Shown piece by piece: positions 9,188 to 17,079 of a stretch of DNA of 64,000 nt. Position numbers and translations under genes: made by a program. Every line of letters starts with the position of its first letter. The first letter of the stretch is position 1. This stretch comes from an uncultured Eubacteriales bacterium (GTDB taxonomy: Bacteria; Acidobacteriota; Aminicenantia; Aminicenantales; UBA4085): contig CAZKXI010000005.1 in assembly GCA_964556755.1 (NCBI GenBank), positions 94,762 to 158,761 of the forward strand. The letters are read 5' to 3'. A model generated the notes under the pieces. That model did no database searches. It was not told the origin of the DNA and saw only the letters and a program-made list of their open reading frames with translations.

Positions 9188-9463
9188 ATGATCAAGAACG
9201 ATATCGCCTTGGCCATCGAGAAGAAGTCGACCTTCAACGCGGCCAAATCCCTGCTGATCGTGGAAGCCGTCCTCGACGCCCTCAAGGACGCCCTGGCCAA
9301 GAAGGAAAAAGTGGAGATCCGCGGCTTCGGCAGCTTCAAGGTCATGGCCAAGAAGACCGGCTACGGCCGCGACATCCGCCGCAAGAAGCAGATCCACATC
9401 ACCGAAGGCAAGCGGATCAAGTTCCGCAGCGGCCAGGAGCTGAAGAACATCCCGTCGGAATGA
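9188..9463 (+). CDS. HU/IHF family DNA-binding protein
   Basis: 91 aa starting MIKNDIALAIEKK, with the arm motif (RGFGSF...GR..RRK..I....RI.F..GQ.LK). ATG at 9188; the longer track ORF begins upstream. Confidence 0.8.
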   Translation: MIKNDIALAIEKKSTFNAAKSLLIVEAVLDALKDALAKKEKVEIRGFGSFKVMAKKTGYGRDIRRKKQIHITEGKRIKFRSGQELKNIPSE

Positions 9464-9515
9464 CCGGGGACCGCCCCGGGCCGACGACGGCCGCCATCCG
9501 CCGCAGGAGCGTTCC

Positions 9516-10466
9516 ATGTCCCGAACCGCCCGGCCTCTGACCCCCGACGGCCTGCCCACCTATCCCCTCCGCTCCCGCCCCAGCAAGGTCGGCTTGGCGG
9601 GCTTCGCCAAGCCGCTGGCGCCCGGAGCCTCGATCGCGGAGCTCCTCGACTCGCTGCCCGGCTTCCTGGCCGCGGCCGACCTGCGCTCCTTCGTCGCCCT
9701 CTGCCGGGCCGCCCGCGACCGCGGCAAGCCTCTCGTCTGGGGCCTGGGGGCCCATGTCATCAAGGTCGGGCTGAGCCCGATCCTCATCGATCTGATGCGC
9801 GAGGGCTGGATCGGCGGGCTGGCCTTCAACGGGGCCGGCATCATCCACGACTTCGAGATCGCCTTCGCCGGCCGGACTTCCGAAGACGTCGAAGCCCAGA
9901 TCCAGGAAGGCCGGTTCGGCCTGGCCCGGGAGACGGGCGAGTTGTTGAACCGAGCCATCACCCAAGGCGCCGCCGAAGGGATGGGGCTGGGCGAGTCGGT
10001 GGGGCGGATGATCGCCGGCTCGAAGCTCCCCCATCGCGATCTCAGCCTGCTGGGGACCGCGGCCCGCCTGAGAATCCCGGCCTCCGTCCATGTCGCCGTG
10101 GGCACCGACATCATCCACGTCCACCCCCAGGCCAGCGGTGAGGCGATCGGCCAAGCCTCTCTGCGCGACTTCTTCCGCTTGGCCGGACTGGTCCGGGAGA
10201 TGAACGGCGGCGGCGTCTATCTCAATGTCGGCTCGGCCGTGCTGCTGCCCGAGGTCTTCCTGAAGGCCGTGGCTCTCGTCCGGGCCAAGGGCCACCGTCT
10301 GGACGGATTCTCGACCGCCGTCTTCGACTTCATGCGGCACTACCGGCCGTCCGAGAACGTGACCAAGAGACCGCTGGGCCGGAAGGGGCGCGGGTTCTAC
10401 TTCGTCGGGCCGCACGAGATCCTCATCCCGCTTCTCGCCGCCGCCCTCAAAGAGTCGAAGTCGTAA
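9516..10466 (+). CDS. Conserved hypothetical protein, possibly Rossmann-like; function unknown
   Basis: 316-aa ORF with codon-biased composition and no motifs I recognise. Confidence 0.5.
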   Translation: MSRTARPLTPDGLPTYPLRSRPSKVGLAGFAKPLAPGASIAELLDSLPGFLAAADLRSFVALCRAARDRGKPLVWGLGAHVIKVGLSPILIDLMREGWIGGLAFNGAGIIHDFEIAFAGRTSEDVEAQIQEGRFGLARETGELLNRAITQGAAEGMGLGESVGRMIAGSKLPHRDLSLLGTAARLRIPASVHVAVGTDIIHVHPQASGEAIGQASLRDFFRLAGLVREMNGGGVYLNVGSAVLLPEVFLKAVALVRAKGHRLDGFSTAVFDFMRHYRPSENVTKRPLGRKGRGFYFVGPHEILIPLLAAALKESKS

Positions 10467-10470
10467 CTTT

Positions 10471-10909
10471 TTCTCCCATCTCCGGGATCAAGGGCGGTTC
10501 GGGGTATCGGCCAACGGCGATATCGCCCTGGCGGGGACAGTTGCGGCAACGTCCCAACTAGGGCTGCGCAAGCTTCGCGAGGACGCAGCCTTTTTCCACG
10601 GCACTCTGAGGGCACCCAGCCCTGGCGGGGACTATCGCAGCGACGTCCCGGCTAGGGCTACGCAAGCTCCGCGGGCGCCGAGGGATGTTTGAGCACGCGA
10701 TAATCCTACGGTACCGTGATGGAGTGGGTGGTCATCATGCTCGGTAGATCTTGAATGCGGAGTTCCGCCCTTGCGGTGACGATCGAAGCGACGTCCCGAC
10801 GAGGACTGCGAAGCGCTTGCAGGCGCCGAAGGGAGCGGTGGGAAAAGGCGGGGTTGCGTCCGAAGCCGCCGGGACGATACCCTGAACCGACCTTCCGGAG
10901 AGGGGAGAA
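10471..10909. mobile_element. MITE-like repeat copy B (~439 bp) with ~32-bp terminal inverted repeats
   Basis: Left TIR TTCTCCCATCTCCGGGATCAAGGGCGGTTCGG; right TIR CCCTGAACCGACCTTCCGGAGAGGGGAGAA. The interior has three tandem ~55-bp hairpin sub-repeats (GGGAC-N10-GTCCC followed by GGCTGCGCAAGCTYCGC). No ORF. Confidence 0.7.
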
Positions 10910-10912
10910 GAC

Positions 10913-11521
10913 TTAGGATCGGTACGACTCCTCGAGAAGGAGCGCGTAGACCGCGGCGGCGCGGGCCAGGGTCTCTTCCAGGTCGCCCGACGCGTCGATG
11001 ACGTAGTCGGCCCGGCGGGCCTTCTCGGCCGGGTCCATCTGGGCCGCCAGCCGGCGCTCGGCGTCCTCCCGGCCCAAGCCATCCCGCTTCATCAGCCTTT
11101 CGATCTGCCGGTCCCGCCCGCAGGCGACCACCACGACGCGGTCGAACCAGTCCGCCAGGCCCGTCTCGTAGATCAGGGCGGCTTCGGAGACGAAGACGGC
11201 GACGCCGTCCGCCTCGGCTTGCCGGGCCGCCGCTTTCAGGCCGGCCAGGACCAGCGGGTGGGTGACGGCCTCGAGATCCCGCCGGGCCCCCTCATCGGCG
11301 AAGACGATCCGGGCCAGCGCCGGGCGGTCGATCCTCCCGTCGGGGCGCACGATCCCGCCGCCGAAGCGTTCGACGACGGCGGCATAGGCCGGCCCGCCCG
11401 GATCCATCAGCCGGCGGGCCTCCTCGTCGGCCCGGTGCAGGCGCGCCCCCCGGGAGGCGAAGACGGAGGCGACAACGCTCTTGCCGCAGGCGATGCCGCC
11501 GGTCAGGCCGACGCGCAGCAT
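10913..11521 (-). CDS. coaE: Dephospho-CoA kinase
   Basis: P-loop (GLTGGIACGKS) with CoaE-family length and layout. Confidence 0.85.
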   Translation of the reverse strand: MLRVGLTGGIACGKSVVASVFASRGARLHRADEEARRLMDPGGPAYAAVVERFGGGIVRPDGRIDRPALARIVFADEGARRDLEAVTHPLVLAGLKAAARQAEADGVAVFVSEAALIYETGLADWFDRVVVVACGRDRQIERLMKRDGLGREDAERRLAAQMDPAEKARRADYVIDASGDLEETLARAAAVYALLLEESYRS

Positions 11522-11531
11522 GGGGGGGCCG

Positions 11532-11948
11532 TCAGGGCTTGGTGACGAACTCGAAGTCCTTGTCGAACCGGACGGCCACGCCCTGCTTCTTTTTCTTCTT
11601 ATCGGGCTTCTCCAGGCGGATGGTCAGGCCGCCGATGCGCAGCTTGACCTTCTCGCCGTCGGTGGCCTGGGGCGGGATCTCGATGACCAGGTGCAGCTTG
11701 GAGCCGACGATGAGGCCGGAGTCGAGGCAGAAGTAGGCTCCCGTGGAGCTGATGTTCTGGAGAGTGGCTTCCTCCCGGAACTTCTTGCCCTGCGGCAGGC
11801 GGCCCTCGACGACGGCCCGCAGGGGCAGCTCGAAGCGCCACTCGCGGCGGCGGTTCAGCTCCTCGGCGGTGGCGGCGGAGGCGGCGGCCTTGCGGGGTCG
11901 GGTTCGTGGCTTGGCGGCGGCTGGGGTCATGGCGGATTCCCTTGACAT
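11532..11948 (-). CDS. PilZ domain protein (canonical c-di-GMP-binding motifs)
   Basis: RxxxR (RREWR) and N-x-S-x-x-G (NISSTG) motifs. Confidence 0.75.
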   Translation of the reverse strand: MSRESAMTPAAAKPRTRPRKAAASAATAEELNRRREWRFELPLRAVVEGRLPQGKKFREEATLQNISSTGAYFCLDSGLIVGSKLHLVIEIPPQATDGEKVKLRIGGLTIRLEKPDKKKKKQGVAVRFDKDFEFVTKP

Positions 11949-11952
11949 GGGA

Positions 11953-12645
11953 TTAGAACAGGGCCGAGTTGATGGCGTAGAGGGCCAGCTGGAGCCGGCT
12001 GTGGGTGTCCAGCTTGGCGTAGATGCTCTTGATATGGGAGCGGACCGTGTTCTTGCTGATGAACAGGGTGGCGGCGATCTCGTCGTTGCTGCGGCCCTGG
12101 CCGATGAGCTTGAGGACCTGGAACTCGGTCGGGGTCAGCTGGTCGAGCGTCTTCTCCTTCATGTCCCGCCCGACCACGGCGATGATGCGGTCCATGATGC
12201 TGCTCATCTTGTCGCGGGGCAGCCAGATCTCGCCCTTGGCGATGACCCGGATGGCCTCCGGCAGCTGATGGGACTGGTCGTTGAGGTCGAAGTAGCCGCG
12301 GGCCCCGACGTTGATCAGGCCGACGATCTCCTCGTGCGAGGGGATGTTGCCCATGATCAGCATCTGGGTCTTGATGGGGTCCTGGCTGATCTCCCGGATG
12401 GCCTTGCAGATCTCCCGCATGTTGGGCAGCGCTTCGATGCTGGCGAAGAGGATGACCGAAGGCTTGACTTGGCGGAGGGCCTGCATGAACGACTCGATGG
12501 TCGTCTTCTCGATGGCCGCGACCGCGATCTCGCGGTCGGCCTCGACGGCCTTGAGGATGCCGGCCAGGATCAGGTCGGAGGGGCAATAGACCAGGACCTT
12601 GATGGTCGGGGCCGGGGCGGCCGTCTCGGGCTTCTTCTTGTTCAT
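11953..12645 (-). CDS. LuxR/FixJ-family transcriptional regulator with a degenerate, probably non-phosphorylatable, receiver domain
   Basis: C-terminal LuxR-type HTH (LTPTEFQVLKLIGQGRSNDEIA...). The N-terminal receiver-like fold lacks the acidic pocket (VLVYCPS where DD is expected) and the phospho-acceptor Asp. Confidence 0.75.
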   Translation of the reverse strand: MNKKKPETAAPAPTIKVLVYCPSDLILAGILKAVEADREIAVAAIEKTTIESFMQALRQVKPSVILFASIEALPNMREICKAIREISQDPIKTQMLIMGNIPSHEEIVGLINVGARGYFDLNDQSHQLPEAIRVIAKGEIWLPRDKMSSIMDRIIAVVGRDMKEKTLDQLTPTEFQVLKLIGQGRSNDEIAATLFISKNTVRSHIKSIYAKLDTHSRLQLALYAINSALF

Positions 12646-12683
12646 GCGGGACCCTTCCAGCGAGCGCGATCTTCTCGGTCCGT

Positions 12684-12712
12684 ATCGTAATCAAACCCTC
12701 CGGGCGTGTCAA
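12684..12712 (-). promoter_or_regulatory. Sigma-70-like promoter TTGACA-17-TACGAT for the LuxR-type regulator
   Basis: Minus-strand -35 TTGACA (12712..12707) and -10 TACGAT (12689..12684), 17-nt spacer, ~40 nt upstream of the ATG at 12645. Confidence 0.5.
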
Positions 12713-12770
12713 TGGAACGGGCCGGGCGGCGGAGGCGGGAGGACGCGGACGGAGGCCGGGCTTGCCGCGG

Positions 12771-13097
12771 TCAGAGGGCTTCGGGCGAGACGCGGAAGCC
12801 CGGGTCGAGGCGCAGGCTGACCAAGCGGCCGGGGCGGCCCGGCGCCGGCGAGGGCTGGACGTCCAGCACGGTCCCCGACAGGGCCAGGCGGAAGGGCGAG
12901 CCCAGCAGGACCGTTCGCGGCACGTTGAGGGAGAAGCGGAGCCTGGCCCCCGGCCGGACCGCGGCCTTGAGCCACAGGCAGGCCTGCTCGCTGCTGACCG
13001 AGGACAGCCGGGCCGGCTCGACGAACTCGGCCGCCCGGGCGTCGCAGCCGCGGACCATGGCCGGCAGATCGAGGTCGAAGGCCCGTTCGCGGCTCAT
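12771..13097 (-). CDS. Small PilZ-like (degenerate) protein; paralog of 13105..13464
   Basis: Shares a D-A-R-[AG]-A-E-F..E.A core with the neighbouring gene but lacks RxxxR. Confidence 0.5.
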   Translation of the reverse strand: MSRERAFDLDLPAMVRGCDARAAEFVEPARLSSVSSEQACLWLKAAVRPGARLRFSLNVPRTVLLGSPFRLALSGTVLDVQPSPAPGRPGRLVSLRLDPGFRVSPEAL

Positions 13098-13104
13098 CCT
13101 CTCC

Positions 13105-13464
13105 TCACGCCTCCGGCTTGATGATGTAGCGGCTGTCGAAGTGGACCGTGACCTTCTGGCCGGCGGCGGGCTGGCGCTTCATCTCGATCATGACCACCCG
13201 GCCCTTGATGGCCATCTTGAGGGACTTGTCCACGGACAGCTTCTCCGGCAGATCGATGATCAGCTTCAGGCGGGCGCCGATGGCCACCGGGCTCTTCAGG
13301 TTGAAGGTCGAGCCCTGGTGGTTGATGAAGGTCAGGACGGTGGCTTCGCTGAATTCGGCCCCTCGGGCGTCGACGCCCTGAACCTGGGTCGGCAGGGGGA
13401 AATGGAATCCCCGTCCGCCTCCGGTCAGAGCCGAAGTCTCGTCGACAAGACCGTTCTTCATCAT
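13105..13464 (-). CDS. Small PilZ-like (degenerate) protein
   Basis: 119 aa with a GVDARGAEF...FINHQGSTF pattern reminiscent of the PilZ beta-barrel. Non-canonical motifs. Confidence 0.5.
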   Translation of the reverse strand: MMKNGLVDETSALTGGGRGFHFPLPTQVQGVDARGAEFSEATVLTFINHQGSTFNLKSPVAIGARLKLIIDLPEKLSVDKSLKMAIKGRVVMIEMKRQPAAGQKVTVHFDSRYIIKPEA

Positions 13465-13608
13465 ATCATCGTCCTCGCGATCCTCGGTCGGATCTTTTCA
13501 TTCTGGCAGGGTCTAGGATGCCATGGCCCCCCGGGGGGGTCAATCACCCCCAAGGGTGATGAAAAGGGTGAAAAACCCCTTCCGGCCGATCCCCCCTCGC
13601 CGGCTCGG

Positions 13609-13637
13609 TTGACTTCCCGGCCCCCGGGGGCTAGAAT
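13609..13637 (+). promoter_or_regulatory. Sigma-70-like promoter TTGACT-17-TAGAAT upstream of proS
   Basis: Near-consensus hexamers with a 17-nt spacer. GGAG RBS precedes the ATG at 13666. Confidence 0.55.
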
Positions 13638-13665
13638 GACCGGGCATTTCCGCCTGGAGTCCCCC

Positions 13666-15120
13666 ATGAGCCAAGATGATCGTCTGGTCCGCCAGATCAC
13701 TCCCAAATCGGAGGATTTCTCCCGCTGGTACATCGAGATCGTCCAGAAGGCCGAGCTGGCCGACTACACCCCGATGAAGGGGATGATGGTCATCCGGCCC
13801 TACGGCTACGCGATCTGGGAGGCCGTCCAGAGCGGGCTCGACCGGCGGATCAAGGACGCCGGGCACGTCAACGCCTACTTCCCCCTCTTCATCCCGGAGG
13901 GCTTCCTGAAGAAGGAGGCCGAGCACGTCCAAGGCTTCTCGCCCGAGGTGGCCTGGGTCACCATCGGCGGCCAGGAGGAGCTGGAGGAGAGGCTGGCCGT
14001 CCGCCCGACCTCGGAGGCCATCATCGGCCACATGTATTCCAAGTGGGTCAAGTCCTGGCGCGACCTGCCCGTGCTGATCAACCAGTGGGCCAACATCGTC
14101 CGCTGGGAGAAGGTCACCCGGCCCTTCCTGCGGACGACCGAGTTCCTCTGGCAGGAAGGCCACACCTGCCACGAGACGGCCGAGGAGGGCGAGGCCGAGA
14201 CGCTCCGGATCCTGGCCCTCTACAAGGAGTTCTGCGAGACGGAGCTGGCCATCCCGGTCATCGCCGGGCGCAAGACCCTGCGGGAGAAGTTCGCCGGGGC
14301 CCAGATGACCTACGCCATCGAGGCTCTGATGTCCGACGGCAAGGCCCTCCAGATGGGCACCTCCCACAACCTCGGCCAGCACTTCTCCAAGGCCTTCGAC
14401 ATCAAGTTCGAAGACCGCAGCCAGACCCTGCAGTACGTCTGGCAGACCTCTTGGGGCATGACCACCCGGACCATCGGGGCCCTGATCATGTCCCACGGCG
14501 ACGACTCCGGCCTGCGGCTGCCGCCCCGGATCGCGCCCCAGCAGGCGGTCATCGTCACCATTCCGGCGGCCGGCTGGAGGGAGACCGTCCTGCCCGTGGC
14601 CGAGAAGGTCCGGGCGACGCTGCGGGCGGCCGGGATCCGGGTGGACCTGGACGCCCGGGAGGAATTCACTCCGGGCTGGAAGTACGCCGAGTACGAGATG
14701 CGGGGCGTCCCGGTCCGGATCGAGATCGGCCCCCGCGACGTCAAGAGCGGCCAGGCGGTCCTGGTCCGGCGCGACCTGAAGAGCAAGGAGACGGTGTCGC
14801 TGGAAGCCCTCCCCGGCCGGCTGGCGGCCCTGCTGGATGAGATCCAGGCCAGCCTCCTGGCCCAGGCCCGGGCCTTCCTGGCCGCCAACACCCGGCCGGC
14901 CTCGACCTATGACGAGTTCAAGAGCATCTTGGAAGGCCCGCGCGGCTTCGTCCAGGCTCCCTGGTGCGGAGGCGAAGCCTGCGAGGACAGGATCAAGGCG
15001 GAGACGATGGCCACCATCCGGGTTCTCCCCATGGACCTGGACGGCACGCCGGTCGGCGGCGGCTGCGTCTGCTGCGGGGAGCCCGGGAAGGCTACGGCGC
15101 TCTTCGCCCGGTCCTATTGA
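13666..15120 (+). CDS. proS: Proline--tRNA ligase, archaeal/eukaryotic-type with C-terminal Zn-binding domain
   Basis: Class II aaRS motifs plus a C-terminal CGGEAC...CVCCGEPG zinc motif. 484 aa from the ATG at 13666; the track ORF extends spuriously upstream. Confidence 0.88.
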   Translation: MSQDDRLVRQITPKSEDFSRWYIEIVQKAELADYTPMKGMMVIRPYGYAIWEAVQSGLDRRIKDAGHVNAYFPLFIPEGFLKKEAEHVQGFSPEVAWVTIGGQEELEERLAVRPTSEAIIGHMYSKWVKSWRDLPVLINQWANIVRWEKVTRPFLRTTEFLWQEGHTCHETAEEGEAETLRILALYKEFCETELAIPVIAGRKTLREKFAGAQMTYAIEALMSDGKALQMGTSHNLGQHFSKAFDIKFEDRSQTLQYVWQTSWGMTTRTIGALIMSHGDDSGLRLPPRIAPQQAVIVTIPAAGWRETVLPVAEKVRATLRAAGIRVDLDAREEFTPGWKYAEYEMRGVPVRIEIGPRDVKSGQAVLVRRDLKSKETVSLEALPGRLAALLDEIQASLLAQARAFLAANTRPASTYDEFKSILEGPRGFVQAPWCGGEACEDRIKAETMATIRVLPMDLDGTPVGGGCVCCGEPGKATALFARSY

Positions 15121-15148
15121 TCGGGCCCATCACCCAAGGAGAGTGATC

Positions 15149-16198
15149 ATGGCTCAAGAGCCGATTTTCCTCGACCGCAACGAGAACAACTACGGTCCGG
15201 CCCCGGCCTGCTACGAGGTCCTCCGCAACGCCAGCCTCGACCAGATGAGCTGGTACTCCAAGGACTTCTCGCGGGGTGTCAAGAGCGCCCTGTCGGAGCG
15301 GCTGGCCAAGGACTATGGCGTGCCCGAGTCCATCGTCCTGCTCGGCTACGGCGGCGAGGATATCCTGAAGCAGACCGTCCACTGCTACCTGGCCAAGGGC
15401 GACACGATCATGATCCCGACCCACTCCTGGTGGTACTACAAGGCCATCGCGGCCGAGAAGGGCGGGTTCACGGTCGAGTACCCCATGCTGCCCGGCCCCG
15501 ACGCCTTCGTCTACGACGTCGAGGGGCTGCTCCGGCTGGCCCGCCAGCATGGTCCCCGGGTGGTCCTCATCAGCTCGCCCAACAACCCGACCGGCAACAC
15601 CCTGGAGCCGGACGCCCTGCGCCGCGTCCTGCACGAGCTGGTCGGCAGCGTCGTGGTTTTGGACGAGGCCTACTGGGGCTTCGGCGGCGCCCGCGTCGAC
15701 GTCAAGGGGCTGATCAACGACTTCCCCAACCTGATCATCATCCGGACCTTCTCCAAGTACTTCGCCATGGCCGGCGTCCGGATCGGCTACGCCTTCATCG
15801 GGCGCGGCCTGACCCAGCTGTCGCAGTTCAGCGCCCGCTACCTGGGCTACAGCCGGCTGAACGAGCGGACGGCCCTGGCCGCCCTCGACGCGCCCGACTA
15901 CTACGCCGGCATCGCGTCCCGGATGATGGAGGATAAGGAGATGCTCTACGGGGAGATCAACCGCATCCCCGGCTTCAAGGCCTACCGTTCCGACGCCAAC
16001 TTCATCCTGGCCGACATCCCCCCGGACCACAAGGACGCCCTCAAGGACTTCCTGACCCGGCGCGGCCTGATCATCAAGTTCTTCAAGAACGAGCCCTTCC
16101 TGGACTACTGCGTCCGGATCACCATCGGCACCCGGGAGCAGAACCAAGCCCTGGCGGCGGCCCTGGCCGCCTTCGCCCAGGAGAAAGGGATCCGGTGA
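15149..16198 (+). CDS. PLP-dependent class I/II aminotransferase-fold enzyme, HisC/CobD-like (aminotransferase or phospho-amino-acid decarboxylase)
   Basis: 350 aa from an ATG preceded by AAGGAGAG. Contains an SFSKYFAMAGVRIGY Lys motif and an NPTGN motif, typical of the HisC/CobD family. Confidence 0.75.
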   Translation: MAQEPIFLDRNENNYGPAPACYEVLRNASLDQMSWYSKDFSRGVKSALSERLAKDYGVPESIVLLGYGGEDILKQTVHCYLAKGDTIMIPTHSWWYYKAIAAEKGGFTVEYPMLPGPDAFVYDVEGLLRLARQHGPRVVLISSPNNPTGNTLEPDALRRVLHELVGSVVVLDEAYWGFGGARVDVKGLINDFPNLIIIRTFSKYFAMAGVRIGYAFIGRGLTQLSQFSARYLGYSRLNERTALAALDAPDYYAGIASRMMEDKEMLYGEINRIPGFKAYRSDANFILADIPPDHKDALKDFLTRRGLIIKFFKNEPFLDYCVRITIGTREQNQALAAALAAFAQEKGIR

Positions 16199-17079
16199 GC
16201 CTCGCCGCCGAGTTCAAGCGGTCGCTGAAGCTGGTCGAGGTCGAGGAGCTCTTCGACCTCTTCCTCTTCCGCCCCCTGGCCTTCCTCCTGGTCAAGGCCA
16301 TCTACCGGACCCGCATCACGCCCAACCAGATCACCTTCTACTCCATCTCGGTGGGCGTGGGGGCCGGCATCTGCTTCGGAGTCGGCGGCCCCCGGGTGGT
16401 CACGATCGGCGTCGCCCTCTACCTCCTGTCCATCGTCCTGGACTGCGCCGACGGGCAGCTGGCCCGGCTGAAGAAGAACGGCACCCGGATGGGCCGCCTC
16501 CTCGACGGGCTGGTCGATTACATCACCGAAGCCTCCGTCATGCTCGGCCTGGCCCTGGGCCTGCGGCCCGAGGGCTGGCGGGACGACCGCTGGTGGATCG
16601 TGATCGCGGCCATGGTGGCCAGCACCATCTTCCACGCCATGCTCCTGGACTACTACCGGAACCGCTTCCTGAACGTCGTCAACGGCTTTCCGGCCTACGA
16701 GGACGAGGACTACCATACCTTCAAGCTGGAGCGGGATGAGCTGAAGGCCTCCGGCCGGCACCCCGTCCGCCGCCGCTTCATCGCCGCCTACCTCTTCTAC
16801 CTGGAGCTGCAGCGCCGATTGACCCTGCGCCGTCAGATGAGCCACACCATGCGCCAGATCGACCCGCAGGAGTACCGCCGGGCCAACCGGGTCCTCATGC
16901 GCTTCTGGACGCTCCTGGGCACCTCCACCCAGATCGTCCTGCTGAGCCTCTGCATCCTGTTCCGGCGCCTGGATATCTTCTTCTGGATGGAGATCGTCGT
17001 CCTCAACGTCCTGACGGCGGTCCTGTTCTTCATCCAGACGCGCATCGACATCCGCCTGGAGGGGAGCGTCATCGAGTGA
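16195..17079 (+). CDS. CDP-alcohol phosphatidyltransferase family protein
   Basis: Perfect D-x2-DG-x2-AR-x8-G-x3-D-x3-D motif (DCADGQLARLKKNGTRMGRLLDGLVD) and multiple TM helices. GTG start overlaps the upstream stop. Confidence 0.82.
   Translation: MSLAAEFKRSLKLVEVEELFDLFLFRPLAFLLVKAIYRTRITPNQITFYSISVGVGAGICFGVGGPRVVTIGVALYLLSIVLDCADGQLARLKKNGTRMGRLLDGLVDYITEASVMLGLALGLRPEGWRDDRWWIVIAAMVASTIFHAMLLDYYRNRFLNVVNGFPAYEDEDYHTFKLERDELKASGRHPVRRRFIAAYLFYLELQRRLTLRRQMSHTMRQIDPQEYRRANRVLMRFWTLLGTSTQIVLLSLCILFRRLDIFFWMEIVVLNVLTAVLFFIQTRIDIRLEGSVIE

Noticed and set aside
13465-13608. Possible riboswitch or regulatory RNA in the 200-bp proS upstream region (GGTGATGAAAAGGGTGAAAAA repeats)
   Set aside because: Short purine-rich repeats only. 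No recognisable riboswitch core (T-box, c-di-GMP, etc.), and the strong sigma-70 promoter explains the region.
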